Positions 55,431-64,000 of a stretch of 64,000 nt of DNA are shown here, one piece after another; position 1 is the stretch's first letter, and each line of letters begins with the position of its first letter. The notes below the pieces were generated by a model, which worked only from the letters and a program-made list of their open reading frames with translations, was not told where the DNA came from and ran no database searches. This DNA is from an uncultured Collinsella sp. (lineage in GTDB: Bacteria > Actinomycetota > Coriobacteriia > Coriobacteriales > Coriobacteriaceae): NCBI GenBank assembly GCA_937942395.1, contig CALDEU010000060.1:34699-98698 (forward strand). Direction: 5' to 3'. The translations under genes were made by a program, and so were the position numbers.

Positions 55431-55471
55431 AATGACAACGTTGTCATTTCGTTAATGACAACGTAAGACAT
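55431..55471. promoter_or_regulatory. LacI-family operators: perfect palindrome AATGACAACGTTGTCATT plus the half-related AATGACAACGTAAGACAT.
   Basis: Match the LacI/GalR operator consensus (TGnnAnCGnTnnCA). Lie in the divergent region between lacE#1 and lacI#1. Confidence 0.6.
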
Positions 55472-55610
55472 TTTTGGAAGAGCAACAAGGATATACGGGT
55501 GAGCGGTCGATATTGTCCGGTAAACGGTTGATTTATCAGTCAGGCAGGTAGTGTATGCTAGAACGCAAAAAACAAGCGATAGAGAACCGAGTGGAGAAGC
55601 AGTGGCAACG

Positions 55611-56612
55611 ATGGACAAGAAAAATGTCTCAATGAATGATGTGGCAGTTGCCGCGGGCGTTTCTCTCAAGACGGTTTCGCGTGTGATCAACGAGCCCAAT
55701 AGCGTGCGAGAGTCGACACGCGATAAGGTCCATTCGGCTATGGAGGCGCTCGGGTTTCGAACCAACTTTGCCGCGCGTTCGCTCAAGTTGGGCCGTTACG
55801 GGTGCATCGGCGTGGTGATGTTCCACTTGTCGGGCGGCGCCGTGGACATGATTGACGGTATCGCCGATGCCGCCGAAGAACGCGGCTTTGCGCTCACGAT
55901 GATTAAGAAGCGGGCGGGGGAGAAGATGACCCTTGCCGAAGCGGCGCGCAGGATGTCGCGGCTACCTGTTGATGGCATGATCTTCAACCTGCGTCAGATG
56001 GTCGACGATTTCGATACGTTTGAGGCACCGAAGGACCTCAAGACGGTGATTATCACACCGATGGAACATCCTACCTGCTCCACCGTCAGTGACGACCAAG
56101 AGGGCGGCGCGCGCATGGCGTGCGAGTACTTCTTGAATCACGGGCATAAAAACGTGTACTTCGTCTCTGGTAAGAAAGAGTCGTTGTCGAGCCAGTGCCG
56201 TATGAAAGGTTGGCGTGCGGCACTCGAGGCGCGTGGCATTGAGCCGCCCGAGCCTCTGCAAGGCGATTGGAATGCGGATAGTGGCTATGCCGCGGGCCTT
56301 GTGCTTGCCGATAAGCCCGATTGCACGGCGGTCCTCGCTGCTAACGACTGCATGGCAAACGGCGTGATGATGGCTCTACGTGACAAAGGGCTCAGTGTGC
56401 CCAATGATGTGTCCGTGATCGGCTTCGACGATGAGCTCTATAAGACGATTCCCAACTCGATTCTGACGTCGGTGAAGTTTCGTCACCGCGAGCTGGGCAT
56501 CCGTGCGCTCAATGAGGTCGTCGCAGGTCTGGAAGCCCCGAGCTCCAGAAGCCGTACGCTCGTCTCGGGCGTGCTGGTCGAGCGTTCCAGCGTGAAGGAC
56601 CTGCGGGCGTAG
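55611..56612 (+). CDS. LacI-family transcriptional regulator, copy 1.
   Basis: N-terminal HTH (MNDVAVAAGVSLKTVSRVIN) and periplasmic-binding-protein-like sugar domain. Confidence 0.85.
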   Translation: MDKKNVSMNDVAVAAGVSLKTVSRVINEPNSVRESTRDKVHSAMEALGFRTNFAARSLKLGRYGCIGVVMFHLSGGAVDMIDGIADAAEERGFALTMIKKRAGEKMTLAEAARRMSRLPVDGMIFNLRQMVDDFDTFEAPKDLKTVIITPMEHPTCSTVSDDQEGGARMACEYFLNHGHKNVYFVSGKKESLSSQCRMKGWRAALEARGIEPPEPLQGDWNADSGYAAGLVLADKPDCTAVLAANDCMANGVMMALRDKGLSVPNDVSVIGFDDELYKTIPNSILTSVKFRHRELGIRALNEVVAGLEAPSSRSRTLVSGVLVERSSVKDLRA

Positions 56613-56624
56613 ACGTGCTCGGCC

Positions 56625-56692
56625 TGTCTGTCTCAATCTGTAACAGCTAGGACCGAAAAACTCGGCTAGTTGTTACAGATCGAGACAAACGT
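56625..56692. repeat. Family-C palindromic repeat, copy 4: ~24-bp arms and a palindromic loop CCGAAAAACTCGG.
   Basis: Seen directly. Downstream of both lacI#1 and GH1#2. Confidence 0.65.
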
Positions 56693-56706
56693 GCGACACG
56701 GTCCGC

Positions 56707-56756
56707 CCAAAAAAGGCCGGGGGAGGCGCGCCGTGTGACGTGCCGCTCCCGGCTGA
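56707..56756 (-). terminator. Terminator of GH1 gene #2.
   Basis: GC-rich hairpin followed on the minus strand by a T-tract. Confidence 0.5.
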
Positions 56757-56798
56757 GAAATGGGGACAGGTTATGTGGGCAGGCGACCCTGCCAGCCG

Positions 56799-58238
56799 CT
56801 AGTCCAGACGACGGGTCTGCGCCACGTGCTTATACCAGTATGCGCTTGCCTTGGGCGTGCGCTTCTGGGTTTCAAAGTCAACGTAGAAGAAGCCATAGCG
56901 CTTGTTGTAGCCATTGGTCCAGGAAAACTGATCCTGCAGGCTCCACAGGAAGTAGCCGCCCACGTTGACGCCCACCTCCATGGCCTTGAGCAACCAGCGC
57001 AGGTGCTGCTCGATGTAGTCGATGCGCGGCTGGTCGTCCACAAAACCGTTCTTGTAGGGGTCCTTGTAGCCCATGCCGTTCTCGGTGATGAAGATCTGCT
57101 TGTAGTTGGGGTAGCGCTGCTTAATGTAGACGAGCAGATCGAACAGACCCTCGGGATAGATGATCCAGTCCCAGTCGGTGGTGGGGATGCCGGGCTTGTT
57201 CACATGCTCGCCAATGCCCTTGACGCGCCAGCGACCGGTGCCCTTCTCGCCCGTACCGTTGTGGTGCAGGTCGTTCTCGCCATCGTAAGCCTTCAAAAAA
57301 CGGCACTGATAGTTGTTAACGCCCAGGTAGTCGTTGTAGAGCGCTGCCTCGCGCATAATCTCGAGGTCCTCGTCCAAGATCTCGATGGTGCCGCCCGAGA
57401 CGGCAGCCAGGCGGTTGGCGCACTCGAGGGTGTCGGGGGCATACTCGCCGCGGAACGTCGCGTCGAGCAAAAACTGGTTTTGCAGCACGTGCTCGTTGTT
57501 GGCGGCTTTGATGTCGGCGGGGTCGTTCTCGTTGAGCGGGTACTTAAACTCCAGCGACTGGATGACGCCGATTTTGCCCTTAAAGCCGCCGTTGTGGAAG
57601 GCCAGCACGGCCTTGGCGTGGGCGAGCATCATGTTGTGCTCGCACTGGAAGGCCTCGGCCAGATGCGCCTTGACGCCACCGGGGAAGGTGCCCTCGATGT
57701 AGGTGTTGGAGGCGTCGGCCCAGATCTCGTTAAAGGTGAACCAGTAGGTCACCTGGTCGGCGTACTCCTTAAAGCAGAAGGTGGCAAAGTCCACAAAGGC
57801 GTCGATGGTCTCGCGGTTGAGGAAGTCGCCCTTCTCAAAGAGGGGAAGCGGCGTGTCAAAGTGATGCAGCGTGACGAACGGCTCAACGTGGTGCTTGTGG
57901 CACTCGGCGAAGAGATCGTGGTAGAACTGGACGCCCTCGGGGTTGATTTCGCCGGTGCCGTTGGGGAAGATGCGGCTCCAGGCGATGGAGAGGCGAATGC
58001 CGTTGATGCCGAACTCCTCGCACAGCTCCAGGTCGACAGGGTACTGGTTGTAGAAGTCCGAAGCGGGATCGGGGGAGAAGCGCCCCTGGGCCTCCAGAAA
58101 GTCGTCCCAGGCAACCTTGCCCTTACCGTGAGTGCGGGTCTCGCCCTCTACCTGGTAGGCAGCGGTGGCGCCGCCAAAGACAAAGTCCTCGGGAAACTGC
58201 GCGGGCGGGTTGGTGACGCTAGCAGGATTAACGGACAT
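56799..58238 (-). CDS. lacG: GH1 6-phospho-beta-galactosidase/glucosidase, copy 2.
   Basis: Same motifs as copy 1; ~70% aa identity by eye. Confidence 0.9.
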   Translation of the reverse strand: MSVNPASVTNPPAQFPEDFVFGGATAAYQVEGETRTHGKGKVAWDDFLEAQGRFSPDPASDFYNQYPVDLELCEEFGINGIRLSIAWSRIFPNGTGEINPEGVQFYHDLFAECHKHHVEPFVTLHHFDTPLPLFEKGDFLNRETIDAFVDFATFCFKEYADQVTYWFTFNEIWADASNTYIEGTFPGGVKAHLAEAFQCEHNMMLAHAKAVLAFHNGGFKGKIGVIQSLEFKYPLNENDPADIKAANNEHVLQNQFLLDATFRGEYAPDTLECANRLAAVSGGTIEILDEDLEIMREAALYNDYLGVNNYQCRFLKAYDGENDLHHNGTGEKGTGRWRVKGIGEHVNKPGIPTTDWDWIIYPEGLFDLLVYIKQRYPNYKQIFITENGMGYKDPYKNGFVDDQPRIDYIEQHLRWLLKAMEVGVNVGGYFLWSLQDQFSWTNGYNKRYGFFYVDFETQKRTPKASAYWYKHVAQTRRLD

Positions 58239-58304
58239 GATGATCCAATCGTCTAAATCGAAGGGCCAGCCGGTCTTGGATGGTCGGCTGGCCCTGGGCG
58301 TTAC

Positions 58305-60080
58305 TTACTTCGAAAGTTGCTCACTCACGAAGGCGAGAGACTTGTCGCCGTTCTGGGAGAGCTCGATGTACTGCTTGCCACGGCAGGCGACGCACTTGTT
58401 GCCCACGCGCTCACAGTCCTTCTGCAGGTCGGCCAGGTAGCTTGCGGCCTGCGGGGCCAGGACGACCAGGTCAAAGTCGGGGAGCATGTCCACGTGGTTG
58501 CCATAGGCCTCGGCAGCGGTCTCGAGGTTAATGCCGCGCTCCTTGGCGGCCTTGGCCAGCGCGTTGGCGAGCAGGCCCGAGGTTCCGCCGCCCTGGCAGA
58601 GCACGAGCACGCGCTTGCCGTTGAGGTCGCTGGCGGTCGTTGTCTCGGCAGCGGGTGCTGCGGAAGCGGCGGGGGAGTCGGCCTTCACGGCCTCGGCAGC
58701 AGCGCCGGCGGCAACGCTCTTGGCGTCAGCCTTGCCCTGGAAGGCATCGTTGAGCTTGGCGGCCTTCTCGGCGTTCTTGGCGGCGAGCTCCTCCTGGGAG
58801 ATCTCGGCCTCCTCGGCGCACTTCTGGGCGTCATAGGCACGGAAGAACGGGTAGTACAGAACGAAGTCGACGACCAGGATAAGGGCGAGCATCACAAAAG
58901 CGAGCGGCTGGAAGCCCAGGCCCATGATGGTGCCGATGGGGCCGGGGACGGTCCAAGGCAGGGTGTACATAAAGCCGTTCATGCCCAAGAAGTCGATAAA
59001 GATCTTGAGAATCCAGATGTTGGCGATCGGGGCAAAGACAAACGGGACAAAGAAGACGGGGTTGAGCACGATGGGCGCGGCGAACAGCAGCGGCTCGTTG
59101 ACGGCAAAGCAGACGGGGACGATGGCGGCCTTACCGACGGCGCGCATCTCCTGAGACTTGGCCAGGAAGCAGAACATAAAGACCAGGACGAGCGTGGCGC
59201 CGGTGCCGCCCATGCAGACGACGAAGTACTGGGCACCCTGGGTCAGGACAGCGGAAGCGTGCTGGCCGGCCTGGAACGCAGCCAGGTTGTCGGTCATGTT
59301 GGCAACGAGGGCGGCGGCGATGGCGGGCTCGACGATCGAGGGGCCGTGGACGCCCACGAACCAGAAGAGGCTCATAGCGCCGTAGATCACAGCGAGGCCG
59401 ATGTAGCCGTCGGCAGCGGTGAACAGGGGCTGGAACACCTGGATGACGCCCTGGGCAAAGCAGAAGCCAAAAGCAGCGCGGAAGGCGATGTCAAAGACCC
59501 AAAAGACGGTGATGCAGACGGAGAAGGGGATGATGTCCTTAAAGGTCTGCGAGATGTTGGGCGGAACCTGCTCGGGCATCTTGACGGTGATGTTGCGCTT
59601 AATGAAGAACTTGTAGATGATGCCGGTCACAAACGCAGCGATAAAGGCGGTCAGCAGGCCTTTGGAACCAAGGTAGGTGGTGTTGAAGCCGCTGGCAGCG
59701 TCCGTGGCGATCGTGTCGCTCGAAAGGAGCAAGAAGCCGATGATGGCCGCGCACATGCACGAGATGAAGTTGATCTGGTTGTTCTTGGGCAGATCGCGGT
59801 TCTGAGCGTCGGCGAAGTGCTTGGCCGTGGTGGCGGCACAGGCGATGGCCAGGATGCCCATGGAGTAGTTGTAGCACTTCCATAGGGCGTTGTTGATGTC
59901 ATCGGGCCAGTAGAAACCCCAGATATTGGGAACCGAGGCTACCAGGCAGAAGATGGACGAGAAGATGATGATGGGGATGACGGAGATAAAACCGTCGCGG
60001 ATCGCCTTGAGGTACTTGTTGCGGGCGATCGCGTTGAAAAAGGGCTGCCCCTTTTCGATGATGGCGATGAGTTGCTCCAT
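58305..60080 (-). CDS. lacE: PTS lactose/cellobiose-family EIICB (LacE-like), copy 2.
   Basis: Collinear with copy 1. C-terminal IIB with LVLCQGGGTS. Confidence 0.9.
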   Translation of the reverse strand: MEQLIAIIEKGQPFFNAIARNKYLKAIRDGFISVIPIIIFSSIFCLVASVPNIWGFYWPDDINNALWKCYNYSMGILAIACAATTAKHFADAQNRDLPKNNQINFISCMCAAIIGFLLLSSDTIATDAASGFNTTYLGSKGLLTAFIAAFVTGIIYKFFIKRNITVKMPEQVPPNISQTFKDIIPFSVCITVFWVFDIAFRAAFGFCFAQGVIQVFQPLFTAADGYIGLAVIYGAMSLFWFVGVHGPSIVEPAIAAALVANMTDNLAAFQAGQHASAVLTQGAQYFVVCMGGTGATLVLVFMFCFLAKSQEMRAVGKAAIVPVCFAVNEPLLFAAPIVLNPVFFVPFVFAPIANIWILKIFIDFLGMNGFMYTLPWTVPGPIGTIMGLGFQPLAFVMLALILVVDFVLYYPFFRAYDAQKCAEEAEISQEELAAKNAEKAAKLNDAFQGKADAKSVAAGAAAEAVKADSPAASAAPAAETTTASDLNGKRVLVLCQGGGTSGLLANALAKAAKERGINLETAAEAYGNHVDMLPDFDLVVLAPQAASYLADLQKDCERVGNKCVACRGKQYIELSQNGDKSLAFVSEQLSK

Positions 60081-60142
60081 GCAAAGCTCCTAAGAGTCGG
60101 TGGGTTGGCAACGATGGTAGCTTTTGACGTTTGGTTGCCAAA

Positions 60143-60278
60143 ATGTTGACGTTGCCATTTTGCGACACAAAATAAGACGCGAACCGATGGCCCCTGTGCC
60201 TGTGGACCGTCGATTCCTTGCGCGTAAACGTTTGAGCCGCCCGGTGGCTCTGTGTTTGCACAATGGCAACGTTAACAT
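60143..60278. promoter_or_regulatory. LacI-family operators ATGGCAACGTCAACAT (60143-60158, reverse orientation) and ATGGCAACGTTAACAT (60263-60278).
   Basis: 16-bp pseudo-palindromes matching the LacI consensus. Lie between lacE#2 and lacI#2. Confidence 0.55.
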
Positions 60279-60437
60279 TTGGTCGACAAAAGCTGTTCGG
60301 GGAAGCAAAAATGTCGGTGAACGGTAGGTTTTGGGTGGTGAGCGTATGGTGGGGGAGGCGTTGGATATACTTGAAGGCGTTAAAAATGACTGCGTAGGGT
60401 GTCACCAATGGCATCGTTGACATAGAAAGATCGACCT

Positions 60438-61442
60438 ATGGCCGCTGTTAAAAAATCGGTATCCGTTAAGGATGTGGCGCGTCTCGCGGGCGTCTCGGAA
60501 CAGACGGTCTCGCGCACCGTTCACGATTCGCCCAGCGTGCGCCCCGAGACCAAGGAGCGCGTGCGTGCCGCCATGCGCGAGCTGGGGTATCGCCCCAATT
60601 TTGCCGGTCGATCGCTGCGTCGCGGTAAGTTTAAGACCGTCGGCGTCGCCATGTTCAATATTACCGGCACCGGCAACCTCGACCGTATGGAGGGCTTTGC
60701 CGCCGCCGCCGATAAGCACGGCTATGCCATCACTCTCACTAAAGTAGACGGGCATCCGTATACCCTCGAGGGCGCATCGTCGCGCATGAGCGCACTGCCG
60801 GTGGACGGCATGGTTGTGATTATGAACCGCATGCCGGCGGACTTTGGCACCTTTGAGCCGCTGCCCGGTATGCAGACGGTGCTCGTTACCATGCTGGAGC
60901 ACCCGCTCTGTTCAACGGTCGATAACGACCAGTTCGATTGCTCGCGCCAAGTGGTCGAGTACTTGCTGGGGCAGGGGCACAAGACCGTGCACTTTATCTC
61001 GTGTCCCGAGCGCTCGCTTTCGGGCATGCGGCGCGAGGAAGGCTGGCGCGAGACATTGCGTGCGCATGGCATCGAGCCACCGCAGCTCGTGCGCGGCGAC
61101 TGGACAGCGCAGAGTGGATATGCTGCCGGCCAGGTGCTTGCGGATGATCCGACCTGTACGGCCATTTATGCTTCCAACGACGCCATGGCCTACGGCTGCA
61201 TTCGCGGGCTCGAGTCGCGCGGGAAGCGCGTGCCCCAGGACGTAAGCGTGGTGGGTGTTGACGATAGTTTGGGCGATATCGTGCCCGATCGTCGCCTGAC
61301 CACGGTGCGCTTTGACAACAAGCGCGTCGGCATGTGGGCGGTCGACAAGATTGCCGGCGCCGAGGGCGCTGCACCCGGTGTGGAGCACATGCTGTTTCCG
61401 GGCGTGCTCGTCGAGGGCGATACGGTGCGCGATGTACGCTAG
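60438..61442 (+). CDS. LacI-family transcriptional regulator, copy 2.
   Basis: HTH VKDVARLAGVSEQTVSRTVH plus sugar-binding domain. Confidence 0.85.
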   Translation: MAAVKKSVSVKDVARLAGVSEQTVSRTVHDSPSVRPETKERVRAAMRELGYRPNFAGRSLRRGKFKTVGVAMFNITGTGNLDRMEGFAAAADKHGYAITLTKVDGHPYTLEGASSRMSALPVDGMVVIMNRMPADFGTFEPLPGMQTVLVTMLEHPLCSTVDNDQFDCSRQVVEYLLGQGHKTVHFISCPERSLSGMRREEGWRETLRAHGIEPPQLVRGDWTAQSGYAAGQVLADDPTCTAIYASNDAMAYGCIRGLESRGKRVPQDVSVVGVDDSLGDIVPDRRLTTVRFDNKRVGMWAVDKIAGAEGAAPGVEHMLFPGVLVEGDTVRDVR

Positions 61443-61656
61443 GGTGCGGACCTGTTTGGGTTGCCGATAATTGTGTTTGATATTGTTCGGATTGGTTTAA
61501 AAACCGTTCACGGGCGAAAAAAGACCGTTCACGGCGCGAAATAACAGTTTGCATTGTTCCTTTTTGTTTGAATGTTATTGTTTCTGTCATACACAGCGCA
61601 GCGCGTATGCCCGGACGCGATGCTCTCCATTGGTTCATATGTGAAAGGAACGCAAC

Positions 61657-61995
61657 ATGGCAACCAAAGAAGAAATCTCGATGGTTGGATTCGAGATCGT
61701 CGCATACGCGGGTGACGCCCAGACCGATCTGCTTGCAGCGCTCGATGCTGCTCGCGAGGGTGATTTTGAGAAGGCCGAGCAGCTGCACAAGGATGCCAGC
61801 GATGCACTTATCGGCGCTCACGACACGCAGACCAAGCTGCTTTCGCAGGAGGCCGGCGGCGGCGAGATGGAGATGACCTTCATCATGGCCCATGCTCAGG
61901 ATACTCTCATGACCACCATGATCCTGGAGAAGCAGACCCGCTTTACCATCGATGCCTATAAGCGCATCGCCGCACTCGAAGCTAAGCTCGCCTAA
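61657..61995 (+). CDS. lacF: PTS lactose/cellobiose-family EIIA.
   Basis: 112 aa with the helical-bundle IIA-Lac motifs (EKAEQLHKDA...LIGAHDTQTKLL). Confidence 0.85.
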   Translation: MATKEEISMVGFEIVAYAGDAQTDLLAALDAAREGDFEKAEQLHKDASDALIGAHDTQTKLLSQEAGGGEMEMTFIMAHAQDTLMTTMILEKQTRFTIDAYKRIAALEAKLA

Positions 61996-62068
61996 CGAGC
62001 CCTCACAACCAAGTCCCCTTCCAAAAGCTCTGCCGCTACCCGTGGCAGGGCTTTTTCTGTTCTCCTCC

Positions 62069-62172
62069 AAGTTGCGGGGAAATAGGGACTGAATAGGGGC
62101 TGGCGGGCGCAAAACAATCCCTATTCCACCGCAACTCATCCCGAGATAGTCATTGGGGACAGTCTTGGTGCG
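62069..62172. repeat. Degenerate family-A hairpin (62069-62137) immediately followed by a partial family-B unit (62145-62172).
   Basis: AAGTTGCGGGGAAATAGGGACTG...ATCCCTATTCCACCGCAACT, then ATAGTCATTGGGGACAGTCTTGG. Confidence 0.55.
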
Positions 62173-62253
62173 CTCCGTTCGTCCTCCCGTTCGATTTTTG
62201 CTCGGTGGGTATACTTCCTTTCGCATTAAGCCCCGGACTGAGGAGGTATCCAA

Positions 62254-63267
62254 ATGCCGGATAACGGGTCAATACAAAAAAGAGACGCGCACGAGATGGC
62301 TCATGGGCGTCCTGTCCAGATAACCGAGCACACGACGGTAACAGAGTTGCAGCCCAGCCTGTCCGATGTCGTGTGCGCAAACAAAAAGCTGCAGATTGGC
62401 TTTATCGTTGCGCTCGTGGTGCTGGCGTTGCTGTCGGGCTTTGTAGCGCGACCGCATTTCGCCGATACCAAAACTTGGGACTCTACCATCGAGGTCATCG
62501 ATCAAAAGAAAGGTAACGTATTGGCGCTCACGACCTCGTGCGTGGCGCTGTCTGCGGGCATTACCGCGCTGCCTGGTGATACGGGAACGCCGGTCGCCGA
62601 GCAGCTCGCACAGCTTTCAGGCAACCTTGGTATCGTGCTTGCCGTGCTATACCTAGAGAAATATCTGCTGACTATTTTGTGGTCGGTTGGCTTGGGCATC
62701 TTAATCCCGTTTGCGTTGGTGCTCTTTGCGGTGTCGCTCGGCATTCACGGGCGCTGGAGTACGAGCGCCGTCCTGCGCCGTGTGGCGACACGCGTGCTGG
62801 TGGTTGCCGTGATCGGCATGGCGCTCGTGCCTGCGAGCGTATGGGTGTCGCAAAAGGTCGACGAAACGTATCGAGTGAGCATCGAGGCGGCCGAGCAGAA
62901 GGCGGCCGACGCTGCGGGTGCGGCAGATAGCGGAAGCTCCAAAGCAAGCAAGAAAAAGACCGAGTCCACAGAGTCCAAGAACGTGCTTGAGCAGCTTGCT
63001 GACGGTGCCTCGAGCCTGGTCACGTCGGTAACCAGTGGTGCCAAGCAGATGACCGACGAGATCGTGCAGCAGGTGACCGATCTGATCGAAGGCGTCATCG
63101 TGATGATCGTGACCTCATGCGTGATCCCATTGCTGGTACTCGCGGCGTTTTTGTGGCTGGGGCACACCCTGCTGGGGATCGATATCTCCGGTCCAGCGAA
63201 CTATTTGACGGGTCGTTTCTTGAGTGCTCCTTCCAAGCGCGCCAAAAAGGGTGGGCAGTCCGAGTAG
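62254..63267 (+). CDS. Hypothetical polytopic membrane protein.
   Basis: Multiple hydrophobic helices. Coding-like usage. Confidence 0.55.
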   Translation: MPDNGSIQKRDAHEMAHGRPVQITEHTTVTELQPSLSDVVCANKKLQIGFIVALVVLALLSGFVARPHFADTKTWDSTIEVIDQKKGNVLALTTSCVALSAGITALPGDTGTPVAEQLAQLSGNLGIVLAVLYLEKYLLTILWSVGLGILIPFALVLFAVSLGIHGRWSTSAVLRRVATRVLVVAVIGMALVPASVWVSQKVDETYRVSIEAAEQKAADAAGAADSGSSKASKKKTESTESKNVLEQLADGASSLVTSVTSGAKQMTDEIVQQVTDLIEGVIVMIVTSCVIPLLVLAAFLWLGHTLLGIDISGPANYLTGRFLSAPSKRAKKGGQSE

Positions 63268-63574
63268 CTAAAACAGCTGTATATACCGGGGCATACTGCC
63301 GAAGGGCGGCCGAGACACGTTCTCGGCCGCCCTTTTGTTTGTTGAATACATGGTCGCTACGTCCGCGCCCGGCCCAAACGGTCGTCAATCATCCGCGAAC
63401 GGTATTTGTTCAAAAAAGAACAAAGATAAACAAAAAGTTGTTGCAGTTACTGTTTGAATGTGTTCAAATAAACATGAACAGTGAAGAACCGCATATTCAG
63501 ATGCCCGGACCTGAACGCGATTCAACACTTCCAAACAGAAACTACGCACCTGCGTATCTCTCAAGGAGGATGTC

Positions 63575-64000
63575 ATGAGGGTTGTAATCGCTTCCGATGC
63601 CGACGGTATGTCGATGAAGGAGTCCATCAAGGAGATGCTCATCGCCGACGGTCACGAGGTCGTCGACTATTCCGAGACCCCTGCCGCGGACTTTGTCGAT
63701 TCCGCGACCGCCGTTGCCAAGGACCTGTTGGAGCACAAGGATTCCCAGGGCTTCGCATTTGATAAGTACGGCGTCGGCTCCTATATGGCCGCCGTCAAGA
63801 TCAAGGGCATGGTCGTCGCCAACATTTCCGACGAGCGTTCCGCCTACATGACCCGCGAGCACAACGGCTCGCGCATGGTCACCATGGGCCCGGGCGTTGT
63901 GGGCACCGAGGTCGCCAAGAAGATCGCCCGCGAGTTCCTGCGCGCCCAGTACGCCGGCGGCCGTCACCAGATCCGTGTCGACATGCTCAACAAGATGGCC
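63575..64000 (+). CDS. lacA: RpiB/LacA/LacB-family sugar-phosphate isomerase (galactose-6-phosphate isomerase subunit-like). 3'-partial: runs off the window end.
   Basis: MRVVIASDADGMSMKE...GVGSYMAAVKIKG matches the LacA/LacB/RpiB family. GGAGGA RBS. No stop before the window end. Confidence 0.8.
   Translation, partial: MRVVIASDADGMSMKESIKEMLIADGHEVVDYSETPAADFVDSATAVAKDLLEHKDSQGFAFDKYGVGSYMAAVKIKGMVVANISDERSAYMTREHNGSRMVTMGPGVVGTEVAKKIAREFLRAQYAGGRHQIRVDMLNKMA

Noticed and set aside
63117-63578. 153-aa ORF upstream of lacA/B.
   Set aside because: It spans the AT-rich operator/promoter region (TTGTTTGAATG palindrome) with poor codon usage. The real gene starts at 63575 in another frame.

Overview
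The window is a high-GC (~60-65%) chromosomal segment from a Gram-positive bacterium. Gene content and synteny (topA-tmk-holB, comF-hpf, ROK glucokinase, Lac- and Man-family PTS) fit Actinobacteria, plausibly Coriobacteriia, but taxonomy cannot be confirmed without a search.

The backbone is housekeeping: pcrA, uppP, ppaC, nhaA, tatA/tatC, hypA/hypB, a type IA topoisomerase, tmk, holB, ricT, comF, hpf, degV. Three carbohydrate loci are interleaved with it:
- manA / GntR regulator / ROK glucokinase.
- A GalNAc/GlcNAc-type Man-family PTS locus: IIA, YajC-like, IIB, IIC, IID, a GntR/HutC regulator, agaS, nagA, tagatose-6-P kinase, mutarotase, yhcH.
- A tandemly duplicated lactose-type PTS locus: two LacE-like IICB + GH1 6-phospho-beta-glycosidase operons, each with its own LacI-family regulator and palindromic operators, plus lacR (DeoR), galM, lacF and lacA/B.

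One tRNA-Thr(CGU) was found. No rRNA, CRISPR array, transposase or integrase was recognised.

The most unusual signal is structural rather than a recognisable defence system. At least four families of intergenic palindromic or tandem repeats (A-D) sit precisely at accessory junctions:
- an insertion between topA and tmk;
- an insertion between comF and hpf carrying a MITE-like element with 35-bp TIRs;
- the 3' ends of both lac operons;
- a tRNA-Thr-linked patch holding a nagA fragment and an orphan PTS IIB whose 3' end is replaced by a repeat.

Other points worth follow-up:
- a beta-hydroxyacid dehydrogenase with a His/Cys-rich metal-binding tail;
- a recurrent AACGGTCGA motif in several sugar-operon promoters;
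- a three-regulator (2x LacI + DeoR) lac architecture.

Many long antisense ORFs in the six-frame track are high-GC artefacts and were rejected.
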